This document shows, one piece after another, positions 19,685-31,586 of a stretch of 64,000 bases of DNA (within the stretch, counting starts at the first letter, position 1; the number at the start of each line of letters is the position of its first letter). The notes beneath the pieces were generated by a model that saw only the letters and a program-made list of their open reading frames with translations, did no database searches and was not told where the DNA came from. The stretch lies in contig CAXXVD010000003.1 of assembly GCA_963662335.2 (NCBI GenBank), positions 96,001-160,000 of the forward strand. Direction: 5' to 3'. The DNA comes from Chloroflexota bacterium (GTDB lineage Bacteria > Chloroflexota > UBA11872 > VXOZ01). The position numbers and the translations under genes are program-made.

Positions 19685-20077
19685 ATGGCAGACGACACGA
19701 TCTTCATCGAAGGGATGCGCGCAGCGGCGCGGGTTGGCGTAACGGCGGCGGAGCGCGAGACTTCCCAGGTGTTGCATTTCGACCTGGAGTTGCGCTGCGA
19801 CCTGCGCCGCGCCGGCGCAAGCGACAACATCGAGGATACGCTCGACTACGCGGCGGTCTACGAGCAGGTTGTCACCGTGGCGGCAGACACCCGCTGCGCG
19901 CTGCTGGAACACCTGGCGTCCCGCATCGCCCACGCGCTCCTCAGCGCCTTTCCCATGTGCGCACAGGTGCGCGTGCGCATCGGCAAACCGGCGCTCTTTC
20001 CCGCCACGGGACGTTCCGGTATGCCGGGCGTGGAGATCACCCGCTCCCGCGCCGAACACGGTACGGGCGGGCCGTAG
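19685..20077 (+). CDS. folB: dihydroneopterin aldolase
   Basis: GVTAAERETSQ, DTLDYA, LLEHLA, VRIGKP. Confidence 0.9.
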   Translation: MADDTIFIEGMRAAARVGVTAAERETSQVLHFDLELRCDLRRAGASDNIEDTLDYAAVYEQVVTVAADTRCALLEHLASRIAHALLSAFPMCAQVRVRIGKPALFPATGRSGMPGVEITRSRAEHGTGGP

Positions 20078-20122
20078 CGAGCGGCAGCGCGCCCGCCCAA
20101 CCGCTGTGTGGCAAGCGGCTCG

Positions 20123-20827
20123 TTATTCCGCGCCGAGTATCCCATCCAGCACGCGCTGGAAATCCGCCACCGGATGCCCGCCCCGGAATACTTCCACGAT
20201 CCGGAGGTCCGCATCCAGGAAATAGGTCGTGGGGAACGATTGGATGTCGTAGGCGGGACCAACCTGCACGTCCGGGTCGAAGAGGAGCGGATACGTCACG
20301 CCGAATTCTTCTTGGAACCACGTCAGGTCGTCCACTGTGATGGGCTTCTTGCCCTCCTCGTAGTCCGGGCCGCGGTAGTCCTTGCCGTAGGGTGTGGCGC
20401 TGACGCTGATCACGTGCACCCGTTCGCCGTACTGCGCATGAATCTGCACCAGGCGCGGCGCTTCATCCTGGCAGTGCGGGCACCAGGGGGCCATGAAGGC
20501 GATCAGCACCGGCTTGCCTGCCAGCGATTCCAGGCTCACCGTATTACCGTCGGTGTCCTGCAGCGAGAAGCCGGGGGCGATCGCGCCCACTGCCAGCGAC
20601 CCGGCCGGTTGCGCTTGGTCCGTATTTGCCGACGACTTGCCCGCGTCCTCAGCCGCCGCGCCGCTATCGGCAGGCGCCGGCGACCCGACCAGGCCGGGCA
20701 AGACGGTGGGCACCACCAGCGCCAACACGCCCAGCACCACCACTACCGGAATGATCCACTTGCGCCAGGCGCTGCCCAGCCTCTGTCCGCCTTGATTCCT
20801 GCGCCGCTTTCCCTTTGCTCGCGCCAT
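20123..20827 (-). CDS. TlpA/ResA-like membrane-anchored thioredoxin
   Basis: N-terminal TM, APGFSL, WCPHC, FPTTYFLD. Confidence 0.85.
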   Translation of the reverse strand: MARAKGKRRRNQGGQRLGSAWRKWIIPVVVVLGVLALVVPTVLPGLVGSPAPADSGAAAEDAGKSSANTDQAQPAGSLAVGAIAPGFSLQDTDGNTVSLESLAGKPVLIAFMAPWCPHCQDEAPRLVQIHAQYGERVHVISVSATPYGKDYRGPDYEEGKKPITVDDLTWFQEEFGVTYPLLFDPDVQVGPAYDIQSFPTTYFLDADLRIVEVFRGGHPVADFQRVLDGILGAE

Positions 20828-21051
20828 GGGGCCGCTCTCTCACCTTTCACTGCTTGCCACATCTACTATTCGGAAACGTCGTCGGCGGCCGAATGCGCCG
20901 CCGCCAATTGCGCCCGCCGCCACCCGCCTTGCTTCCCTCACTCTCGCATGTTGCCGCAGCGGGCGGGCGCTGTCAATTGAGGCCGGCGCGCGCTGTCCAT
21001 CGAAGCCGGCGCGTGCCTTCAGTCCTCTTACCGTCGCAGTATTGCCTTCCC

Positions 21052-21129
21052 TGTCATTCCGAGCGCAGCGAGGAATCTAGGATGTGCCCGCGCACGAGAT
21101 TCTTCGTCGCTGCGCTCCTCAGAATGACA
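21052..21129. repeat. family A REP-like palindrome (TGTCATTCCGAGCGCAGCGAGGAATCT...AGAATGACA)
   Basis: Same core at 28841, 35100, 47654, 48980 and 51104-51445. Confidence 0.8.
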
Positions 21130-21170
21130 TTCAAGAAACGCATTTTGGGCAGGCGGCGGCAGAGCGGCAT

Positions 21171-23669
<2,499 letters not shown>

Positions 23670-23794
23670 GTGCTCTCCTTGCGGTCGGAACAGGCGCTGG
23701 GACACGCTAATCTTCGTTCGCCCGGGGCACGCCGCCGGGTGAACGGCTAACGAAACGGGCGGCCTGCTCTCCGTTCGCCCGGCTGGGGACGCCC

Positions 23795-24065
23795 TCTCTC
23801 CGCTCGTACTTCGACAAGCTCAGCACGAACGGAGAGGTCACTGGGTTGTCGGTTGCGGGAGCCCTACTTCCCGTTCGCCCTGAGCTTGTCGAAGGGTGAA
23901 CGGAGAGGTCGCTGGATTGCCGGTTGCGGGCGCCCTTCTCTCCGTTCGTACTTCGACAAGCTCAGCACGAACGGAGAGAAGGGCAAGTGAATCCCTCTCG
24001 TGTGAAACATTGGTTCGAGAACCGCGCCAATGCGGTCGGAGGCGGGGGACAAGCCCCCGCGCTAC
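23795..24065. repeat. cluster of three family C palindromes and one family B REP
   Basis: Repeated CGTACTTCGACAAGCTCAGCACGAACGGAGA and CCGTTCGCCCTGAGCTTGTCGAAGGGTGAACGG. Confidence 0.8.
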
Positions 24066-24066
24066 G

Positions 24067-24576
24067 CTACCCGGCGTCCGGCGCAGCGTAGTCGCCGCTT
24101 TGGCCGCCGCTCTTCGCAAGCAGGCGCACGTTCTCGATGCGCATGTCCCTATCCACGGCCTTGCACATGTCGTAGATGGTGAGCGCGGCGACGCTCACCG
24201 CCGTGAGCGCTTCCATTTCCACGCCGGTCTTGCCGGTAGTGCGCACCGTGGCCCGGATGCGGACGCAACTCTCGCTTTCGTCCAGGTCGAAGTCCAGGTC
24301 CACGCCGCTCAGCGGCAGCGGATGGCACATGGGGATGAGCTGCCAGGTGGACTTGGCCGCCATGACGCCGGCCACTTGCGCCACCGCCAGCACGTTGCCC
24401 TTGCGCAGCGGGCCGTCCTCAGCCGGCGGCGCCGTTTGCTGTTGCCGGATGAGCGCCAGTGTCTCCGGCAGCATCACGACCGCGCCTTGGGCGGTGGCTG
24501 TGCGGGCCGTATCCGGCTTCTGCCCCACGTCTACCATGCGCGGCAAACCGGAGCGGTTGAAGTGCGTAAATGACAC
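24067..24576 (-). CDS. moaC: cyclic pyranopterin monophosphate synthase
   Basis: MVDVGQK, LIPMCHPL, TGVEMEALT, IYDMCKAVD. Confidence 0.96.
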   Translation of the reverse strand: MSFTHFNRSGLPRMVDVGQKPDTARTATAQGAVVMLPETLALIRQQQTAPPAEDGPLRKGNVLAVAQVAGVMAAKSTWQLIPMCHPLPLSGVDLDFDLDESESCVRIRATVRTTGKTGVEMEALTAVSVAALTIYDMCKAVDRDMRIENVRLLAKSGGQSGDYAAPDAG

Positions 24577-24684
24577 GGCCAGAAGCGCCTCGATGCCTGT
24601 TGCGGGGGGCTATTTCCATTATAGCATTTTGCGGCCCGGCGCGCCGCGCGTTGGCGGACAAATGGGCGGCCGCGCGGGCGTCTT

Positions 24685-25824
24685 TCAATAGATGCCCGGG
24701 AAGATGCGGTACTTCACCCGCGCCTGGTACTTTGCCCAATTTTCCGCGCCGTACTTCTCGAGGCACGCCTCTTCGTCGTCACGCTGGTGCATGATGACGT
24801 AAGACGTCATGAAGGCAAGGTAAGTCCACGCCCAGGGGTTGGCGAAGTGGCCAAAGAGCAGGGCGACGGCGAGGGCAATGACCACCTCGCCCATGTAGTT
24901 GAAGTGCCGCGCCGGGCCCCAGAAGCCGTTGCAGAGGATCTTGCGGTCGCCGGCCGCGATGTACTCCGGCGCGATGATCCCAAGGAACTTGCGCTCCGGC
25001 CAGCGCTTGAAGGTGTACTTCTGCATGTTGCCGCCGCGGGAGATGCCCCAGCCGAGCCAGAGCAGCGCCGCCGCGCCGCCAAGCAGGACGTACGTCCACG
25101 GCGCCGAGATCTCCGGGCGCGGCTGCGCAGCCATGCCCCACATCGGCAGCACGTACAGCCAGCCCCAGATGATGAGCGTGCCCCAAAACAGCTTGAAGCC
25201 CAGCTTCTCATGCATCAAGTCGAAGGTGTAGAGCTGGACCCGCTCGAAGATGAAGTAGTCCGCGATGTAGAACGTCATGAACGCCGCATAGAGGAACACG
25301 CCCGGATTGGAGTCCGCGCCGTAGAGGCCGTAGTGATACGCCGCGCCGGAAAGCGCGTTGAGCGCCAACATCGTCCCGCCGACGACGTAGAGGTACATCT
25401 TCACGTCGAAGCGGCTGTTGAAGAATGACAACTCCCGCGCCCGCCCCAGCCAAAAGGCCGCCAGCGGATTCTCAACCTCGTCTTGCGGCCGGGTGAACAC
25501 CGCTGCGACCGCCAAGACTACCGCAACCACCGTGCCGCCGGCCACCGCGTAGACCGTGGCTCGGTAGAACCAATCGCGCTCCAACCCGGCAGGCTCCAGC
25601 GCCCACACGATTAGGGCGATGCCGAACACCAGAATGCCGTTCAGCCGGTAGTCGCGGGGCGCGCCGGTCTGCGAATCGATGACGTAGCCGGGCACGCGCC
25701 GGCCCGGCAGGATGGTCTGCGCCAGGAAGATCGCGGCGAAGATCAGCAGCGGGGTGGCAAAGCCCCACAGCGCTTCCGCGCCGGAAAGCTCGAACAGGTG
25801 GCCGATTCCCAGCCATTCGGTCAT
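24685..25824 (-). CDS. ERG4/ERG24-family (sterol reductase-like) membrane protein
   Basis: DLMHEKLGFKLFWG, KILCNGFWGPARHFNYMGE, C-terminal KYGAENWAKYQARVKYRIFPGIY. Confidence 0.8.
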   Translation of the reverse strand: MTEWLGIGHLFELSGAEALWGFATPLLIFAAIFLAQTILPGRRVPGYVIDSQTGAPRDYRLNGILVFGIALIVWALEPAGLERDWFYRATVYAVAGGTVVAVVLAVAAVFTRPQDEVENPLAAFWLGRARELSFFNSRFDVKMYLYVVGGTMLALNALSGAAYHYGLYGADSNPGVFLYAAFMTFYIADYFIFERVQLYTFDLMHEKLGFKLFWGTLIIWGWLYVLPMWGMAAQPRPEISAPWTYVLLGGAAALLWLGWGISRGGNMQKYTFKRWPERKFLGIIAPEYIAAGDRKILCNGFWGPARHFNYMGEVVIALAVALLFGHFANPWAWTYLAFMTSYVIMHQRDDEEACLEKYGAENWAKYQARVKYRIFPGIY

Positions 25825-26074
25825 GACCGCACACCGCTTTCTATCGTGGCTCCGAGACTACGGGCAGCAAACATTCACGTCAATACAGAGTATGACGCAC
25901 GCGGCACGAGGCGTCAACGCGCTTGCCGGGCGCCGCCGCTGCCTTCGCGGAAATTGCGCCTCTGGTACACTGCCATGCGGCGGGCGCCGTCCCCTGCGCG
26001 GGACACGCCGCCACGCTACAATAGGGTCGATTGTGGCGGCAATTGCAAGCGGCCCCGCATGAGGAACGGCCTAC

Positions 26075-26809
26075 ATGATCATCGACGCCCACGTGCACGT
26101 CAAAGGCGGCGACACGTACCGCCGCGAACTGGACCCGGACGACACCGTCCGCTACATGGACCAGGCGGGCGTGGACAAGTCGTGCGTCTTCAGCATCTGC
26201 CTGCCCAGCCGCGAGTCGAACGAGATGACGCGCCGCGCCGTCACCGGCCGCGAAGACCGGCTCATACCGTTCGCCCACATGGTGCCGGAAGAGGGGTCGG
26301 TGGGCATGGACGCCGTGCGCCGCGCGGTTGAAGACTGGGGCTTTCGCGGCCTCAAGCTGCACTTTGGCGAGGTGCAAGGCGAGATTACCGACGATCTTTT
26401 CCTCCCTATCCTCGAACTCGGAGCCGGTTACGAAATTCCGATACTGCTCTGCTGCGCCCACCGGCCGGAGTTTCCCGACCGTTGGGCGGACGCCGTGCCG
26501 CAGGCCAAACTCATCATTCCCCACCTGGGCTCCAGCCGCGACCAGCAGATGAACTGGCGCTTCTTCGACGTAGCCAAGCGGCACGACAACGTCTGGCTCG
26601 ACACGTCGTTCACCAGCGGCCCCTGGATGATCCGCGAGGCGTACCACGCCCTGGGCGCGGACAAGCTGATCTGGGGCTCCGACGGCGGCGGCGACTACAA
26701 CCCGCCCCTGCCCGAAATGGCCAAGGTGCGGGTCTGGGAGTTTCCGCAGGCGGACTACGCGCGCATCATGGGCGGCAACATCCTGCAACTGCTCGGCGGC
26801 ACGGCGTAG
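26075..26809 (+). CDS. amidohydrolase family protein (Amidohydro_2)
   Basis: IIDAHVH, GFRGLKLH, NVWLDTS, LIWGSD. Confidence 0.88.
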   Translation: MIIDAHVHVKGGDTYRRELDPDDTVRYMDQAGVDKSCVFSICLPSRESNEMTRRAVTGREDRLIPFAHMVPEEGSVGMDAVRRAVEDWGFRGLKLHFGEVQGEITDDLFLPILELGAGYEIPILLCCAHRPEFPDRWADAVPQAKLIIPHLGSSRDQQMNWRFFDVAKRHDNVWLDTSFTSGPWMIREAYHALGADKLIWGSDGGGDYNPPLPEMAKVRVWEFPQADYARIMGGNILQLLGGTA

Positions 26810-26839
26810 CCGCCAGCCGCCGGTCTCTGTCGTTTCTCC

Positions 26840-26977
26840 CTTTCCCGGGAAAGAGCAACGGCGCCGTCTCATTCCCTCTCCTGGAAAATAGGCACCGCGC
26901 CGCAGCATCCTCTTTCCTGGTGAAGAGGAGCGGCGCCGTATCATTCTTTCGCCTGGGTAGAGAGTTAAGGTGAGGGG
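26840..26977. repeat. degenerate 36-bp tandem repeat (about 4 units)
   Basis: Units start at 26840, 26876, 26912 and 26948 (CT(T/C)TCC(C/T)GG...GCGCCG...CAT). Confidence 0.6.
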
Positions 26978-27137
26978 TAATGGTGACGCATTAACGTAGC
27001 GCGGGGGCTTGTCCCCCGCCAGAGCAGAAAGAAAAGCACACGCAAAGGATTGACCCCACAGCCTCGCAGGTTGCAAACCTGCGCCAGGGAAATCAGGCAT
27101 GGTGTAGTTCCTCATTATGTTTAATGCGACAGCATTA
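26978..27137. mobile_element. MITE type B (IS4-like TAATG ends) with a 10-bp target duplication
   Basis: TIRs TAATGGTGACGCATTAA / TTAATGCGACAGCATTA (15 of 17 match); AGGTGAGGGG directly repeated on both sides. Confidence 0.8.
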
Positions 27138-27378
27138 AGGTGAGGGGGAAGCAGGCTGCTCTCCGGCGGCAGGCCGGCCTTCAAGTCGAAATTCTCAAAA
27201 ACAGTGCGTATAGTGGTTTACAGCAACTGTTTTATTGTGCTATCATAACGACATAGACCAATAATCAAGTGTAAGCAGGCAAGGAGGTGTGGATTAATCT
27301 ACGGATTTAGTTTAGTATAGAGGCGTAGATTTCCGTCATGGGCAATCTACGCTTGGCAATCGCAGAAAGGGTTTCCAC

Positions 27379-27864
27379 ATGACTGAGATAAACCAGGCCT
27401 CCCCGGGGGGCGGCGCAGAGTCGCTGCCGGTGGACTTGGAAGCCTGCGTGATGCGGCTGGAAACCGCGGTCTTCAAAGGCATGTCTGAGGAAGTGGAGCC
27501 CTACGACCTGACCCACGTGGAGTTTTCCCTGCTAAGAGCGTGCATGAGGAGGCAGGAGTGCACTGCGACGGAGCTTGCCAGAGTGCTGCCTGTGGACGCT
27601 TCCCGCATTAGCCGCGTCGTGAATACGCTGGTCAACCTCGGACTGCTGCAGCGGCGGCGGCTGCGCAGCGACCGGCGCACCGTTATGCTCACGCTCACCG
27701 ATGAGGGTACCGAACTGACCACCCGTCTGCACGAGCGCATGCAAGAGTACTACGCCACCCTGGTAGCGGGCATCAGCGCGGATGACCTCCGTATCCTGGA
27801 GGACGCTACCTCCAGGATCCTCGCCAACTATGACGCCATCAGAGAGTCCCCGCGCGCCCCGTAG
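27379..27864 (+). CDS. MarR family transcriptional regulator
   Basis: TATELAR...DASRISRVVNTL..LGLLQR...DRRTVMLTLTDEG. Confidence 0.92.
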   Translation: MTEINQASPGGGAESLPVDLEACVMRLETAVFKGMSEEVEPYDLTHVEFSLLRACMRRQECTATELARVLPVDASRISRVVNTLVNLGLLQRRRLRSDRRTVMLTLTDEGTELTTRLHERMQEYYATLVAGISADDLRILEDATSRILANYDAIRESPRAP

Positions 27865-27877
27865 CCGCTAGTGAGCG

Positions 27878-28717
27878 CTAGCCATTGCCGGGCCCTAAGG
27901 GCTTGCTGGCAACGGCCTCGCCAAACGCGAGGCCGGCAAAGGCGCTGCTATCGTCCTTCCACCGCTCGTACGCGTCGTGTATGCGGTCGCAGAGTTCCCG
28001 GGTTGTGGCGCCGTACTTAATGGCCGCCTCCACGATTTCGGGCGACAGGAACCACTGATTGGCAAAGGCGTGTATGAACGCCACGTCGCGGGGCGTGCTG
28101 TAGATATCGAACGTGCCGGTGATCCGGACGTTCTCGAACCCGGCCGCCAGGACGTGGCCTTTCAATTCCCTTCCCATCTGCGGGTGGGCGTCGTCAGCCT
28201 CCAGCAGGTCTTCGAACATCTGCCAGGAATTCTCCAAGACGCCGAAGTCGGGATGCGTGAACGAGGACGCGCAGATCATCTCCCGGCAGGCCAGGAGGCC
28301 GCCGGGTTTCAAGACGCGCTTCACCTCCGCCAGGACGGCGCCGGTATCCGGTATGTGCATCAGCACGTTGTGGCAGTGCGCAATATCGAAGAAACCATCC
28401 GGGAACGGCATCTCCACGACGTCGCTCACGTGGAACGCGGCGTTCTCCTGCCCGTTCATCTTGGCGACGGTCCGCGCCAGTTCGACCTGCGACTCCTCCA
28501 TGTCGACGCCGTGCAGTTCGCCGGGGTCTATGGCTTTGGCAAGGCCCACCGATATGGTGCCCGGACCGCAACCAAAGTCGAGCACGCGCAAACCGGGCCT
28601 GAGATGCGGTAAGAGATACGCGGCATTGGAAAAGACGGTGTACCGCCTGAGCGCGTCCAGCATCTCATCGCTAAAACCCATCGTATAGTCGGGAGTCGCT
28701 GACAGTTCCTCAGACAT
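27878..28717 (-). CDS. class I SAM-dependent methyltransferase
   Basis: VLDFGCGPG, FPDGFFD, RVLKPGG; AAGGAG upstream. Confidence 0.9.
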   Translation of the reverse strand: MSEELSATPDYTMGFSDEMLDALRRYTVFSNAAYLLPHLRPGLRVLDFGCGPGTISVGLAKAIDPGELHGVDMEESQVELARTVAKMNGQENAAFHVSDVVEMPFPDGFFDIAHCHNVLMHIPDTGAVLAEVKRVLKPGGLLACREMICASSFTHPDFGVLENSWQMFEDLLEADDAHPQMGRELKGHVLAAGFENVRITGTFDIYSTPRDVAFIHAFANQWFLSPEIVEAAIKYGATTRELCDRIHDAYERWKDDSSAFAGLAFGEAVASKPLGPGNG

Positions 28718-28750
28718 CACTGTAAGCTCCTTTTCAATTGTTGAATCGCC

Positions 28751-28779
28751 ATTATAGATAGCACTGCCCGAAGAATCAA
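28751..28779 (-). promoter_or_regulatory. sigma70-type promoter of the methyltransferase gene
   Basis: TTGATT-N17-TATAAT on the minus strand. Confidence 0.6.
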
Positions 28780-28840
28780 GACTGTTCAAAGCCGGAAGTA
28801 GTCGCTTTGGGCTTGCTCTCGCCGCTGAGGTAGGTTTCAC

Positions 28841-28909
28841 GTCATTCCGAGCGCAGCGAGGAATCTCGCATTCGTCAATTCGAGACTTTTCGTCGCTGCG
28901 CTCCTCAGA
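28841..28909. repeat. family A REP-like palindrome (partial)
   Basis: GTCATTCCGAGCGCAGCGAGGAATCTC...GTCGCTGCGCTCCTCAGA. Confidence 0.7.
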
Positions 28910-28935
28910 CCGGTCCTGCGCGCAGCCGCTTGCCC

Positions 28936-30153
28936 TCAGTCTGCTGCGCTAGCGACCACCGTGTCGTCCGCGACGTGCAGGACGTGGGCCGCGTCCACCA
29001 CGTCCGGTGTGAACTGCTGGAGATCGGAGGTGGTGGCGAACGCTTGGACGTTGGGCGCGAGCGACGCGAGGACGTGCTGGCGGCGTTCGGCGTCGAGTTC
29101 GGAAAGGAAGTCGTCCAGCAGAATCACCGGCCACTCGCCGGATTCGGCGTGCAGCAGGCTGATCTCGGTGAGTTTGAGGGTGAGGGCCGCCAGGCGCTGC
29201 TCGCCGCGCGAGCCGTAGGCCGCCAGCGGATGGCCGCCGCGCAGGAAAGTGAGATCGTCCCGGTGCGGGCCGACGACGGTCACGGCCTGCGCCTGTTCCC
29301 GCGCCGCCTGCTCGTCGAGAGCGGCGCTAAAGCCCGCCTGAATCTCCGTTTGCCACGTCGGGGACAACGCGCTAATGCGGAGCGCCTCGGCGGGAGGCAT
29401 AGTCTCAGGCGCCGGCACGCTCGATTCGTAGCGCAACTGTAAGCCTGCGCTGCGCGGGCCCAGGTCGCCGTCTGTTCCCGTGAGCGCCGCATAGCAGGCG
29501 GCCAGGGGTTCCGCCACGTGGGCCGTGTAGGCCGTGCGGAGCGCAATCACCGGCGCGCCGAAGGCTGTAAGCTCTTGGTTCCAGGCTTCAAGCTGCCGCC
29601 GGTCGCGGGTGGCGCCTTCGCGCAGCGCGCGCAGCAGGGCGTTGCGCTCGGCCATCACGTGCTCGTAGCTCTGCAAGGCGCGGAGGTAGCTGGGATCGAT
29701 GCGGCTGAGCAAGTAGTCCAGGTAGCGGCGGCGCGTGCTCGGCGACCCGTCCACCAGGGCAATGTCGTGGGGCGTAAAGAGCACCACGTGCAGGTGCTGC
29801 AAGAGGCTGGAGGCGCGGCGGGGCGCGCCGCCGACGCGGATGCGCTTGCTGAAGCCGGCTTCTTGCTCCTGTTCGGCAGCCCAGATTACCTCCAGGGCGG
29901 TCTCGTGGTCGCCGGCCGCCACCTCGCCGGCCACCCGCGTGTAGGGGCGGGCCGGGTCGGGGTCGATGCTGCGCAATTCCGCCTCGGCGCGGGCGCGGTA
30001 GGAGCGGCCGGTGGCCAGGCAGTGGATCGCCTCGAGGATATTCGACTTGCCGGCGCCGTTCGCCCCGCTGAAGATCGTCAGCCCTGGCGAGAGCGCAAGT
30101 GCAACGGCGCGGTAGTTGCGGAAGTTAGTGAGCGAGAGTGCGGTGAGATACAC
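28936..30153 (-). CDS. recF: DNA replication and repair protein RecF
   Basis: LTNFRNY, GANGAGKSNILEAI, GPHRDDL, SRGEQR, LLDD..SELD; GTG start at 30153. Confidence 0.96.
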   Translation of the reverse strand: MYLTALSLTNFRNYRAVALALSPGLTIFSGANGAGKSNILEAIHCLATGRSYRARAEAELRSIDPDPARPYTRVAGEVAAGDHETALEVIWAAEQEQEAGFSKRIRVGGAPRRASSLLQHLHVVLFTPHDIALVDGSPSTRRRYLDYLLSRIDPSYLRALQSYEHVMAERNALLRALREGATRDRRQLEAWNQELTAFGAPVIALRTAYTAHVAEPLAACYAALTGTDGDLGPRSAGLQLRYESSVPAPETMPPAEALRISALSPTWQTEIQAGFSAALDEQAAREQAQAVTVVGPHRDDLTFLRGGHPLAAYGSRGEQRLAALTLKLTEISLLHAESGEWPVILLDDFLSELDAERRQHVLASLAPNVQAFATTSDLQQFTPDVVDAAHVLHVADDTVVASAAD

Positions 30154-30193
30154 GGGTGCGTCCTTTTGGCCCGCCGCCGGCGCACAGGCCGCG

Positions 30194-30209
30194 TGTTTCA
30201 CGTGAAACA
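30194..30209. promoter_or_regulatory. parS centromere-like site
   Basis: Perfect TGTTTCACGTGAAACA. Confidence 0.88.
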
Positions 30210-30307
30210 CGCAACGCGGCCGGCGCGGCAGTTGCCGAAGTTGGTGCGCAACAGCGTGGCGAGAGGCACAGAGCGTCCTTGTGGCCGCTGCCTAGCGCGC
30301 GGGGCAG

Positions 30308-30323
30308 TGTTTCACGTGAAACA
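30308..30323. promoter_or_regulatory. parS centromere-like site
   Basis: Perfect TGTTTCACGTGAAACA. Confidence 0.88.
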
Positions 30324-30361
30324 TGCGGCGCTCGTGGCGCAGCCGCGAGCGCGCGGGCGGG

Positions 30362-31291
30362 TCAGCCCTCGCGCCACGGCGGCACGTCCCACGTGTTCAC
30401 CCATTCCCACTGCCACTCCACCTGCTTCTCCGGCAGCGTGACCGCATATTCCACGCCGGCCGTGAATGGCAGCACCTGCGTCCGTGCGCCCACCTTGCCG
30501 CGAATGTACTCGATGAACGCGCCTACGTCACTCGCGTTTGGCGGCCAGTGTCCTTCCGGCACCGGGTCCGACTTGCGGTCGGTGCGGTAGTGCACCGGAA
30601 TCAAGGCGCGCGGCCGGATGTAGTCCACGAAGTCCTCGAGTTCGGTGGATTGCTCCGCCGCGCTCGTCGGTATCAGGCCGAGTTTCATGTGAATGGCGAA
30701 GTCCACCCGGCCGCGCAACGCCCGCATTGCCGGATAGGCGGCCCAGGCGTCGCCAATGTGCAGGAACGAAACGTCCAACGCCTTGTGGGTAACGAGAAAA
30801 CCGAGATTCGGCAGGTCGGGCCGCTGGTTTTCGCCGCTCTCGATGGTCTCCACGCGCAACGGCCCCAGGTCGAGTTCGTCCGGACCGGGAAACTCCCGCG
30901 CGTGCGCCGTGCCCGCCCACGGCCGGCCGCGCTGCATTTCGTTCTGGTGCTTGGGATACATCACCTGTATCTTGTCGGCCGGCACGTGCTTGGTGATCGG
31001 CAGGTCGCGGGCAAACGCCGCGTCGCCGTACTTCTCGTCGATCGGCTCGTCCGGCCACAAAGCGCCCGGCGGCACGAAGAGCGTCTTGAAGCGCTCGCCC
31101 TGGCACAGCTTGCGCAACGTCTTGGGATGGCAGTGGTCGAAGTGCTCGTGGCTGATGAAGATGTAGTCGTAGATGGGTTGGGCGTTCTCCAGATTCTCGC
31201 CAAAGAGATACGGATCGAAGGCAACGTTCACGTCGCCAAAGCGCACGTCGAACGCGCCACAGCCCCACCAACGCAGCCAAATGCGTGCCAT
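30362..31291 (-). CDS. MBL-fold metallo-hydrolase
   Basis: FDPY, SHEHFDH, HIGD, IPVHY. Confidence 0.85.
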   Translation of the reverse strand: MARIWLRWWGCGAFDVRFGDVNVAFDPYLFGENLENAQPIYDYIFISHEHFDHCHPKTLRKLCQGERFKTLFVPPGALWPDEPIDEKYGDAAFARDLPITKHVPADKIQVMYPKHQNEMQRGRPWAGTAHAREFPGPDELDLGPLRVETIESGENQRPDLPNLGFLVTHKALDVSFLHIGDAWAAYPAMRALRGRVDFAIHMKLGLIPTSAAEQSTELEDFVDYIRPRALIPVHYRTDRKSDPVPEGHWPPNASDVGAFIEYIRGKVGARTQVLPFTAGVEYAVTLPEKQVEWQWEWVNTWDVPPWREG

Positions 31292-31586
31292 GGATTCTCG
31301 TCTACCTTCGTCTGCTCGCGACCCCTAAAATGCTCGCCCATGCGGAAGTAATGGCCTCAGGCCCCCAGGGTCCGCTCTCCCTATCATACTGGCTTGAACG
31401 CTCGCGCGCCGCGCGGAACCGGGCCGGCGGTTGAATTCCTGCGGGGAAAGCACGGCTGAACGGCGCAAGCGACGGCTGCGGAGTGGGATTGCCTCTGCCG
31501 ACCTGCGAGCAATTGCGGGAGATTGCAGCCCCGTGACGGCATTAGGCTGCCCCTTGCGTGCCAACCATTTCGCATCGCCGGAATGC

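Noticed and set aside
23994-24009. Additional parS-like sites (also near 36910 and 49085)
   Set aside because: Only a half-site matches (GTGAAACA or GTGGAACA); not palindromic.
26840-26977. Possible degenerate CRISPR (36-bp units)
   Set aside because: Units are contiguous with no unique spacers.
30154-30210. N-terminal extension MFHVKH of RecF in the ORF track
   Set aside because: It is the translation of the parS palindrome; RecF similarity begins at GTG 30153.
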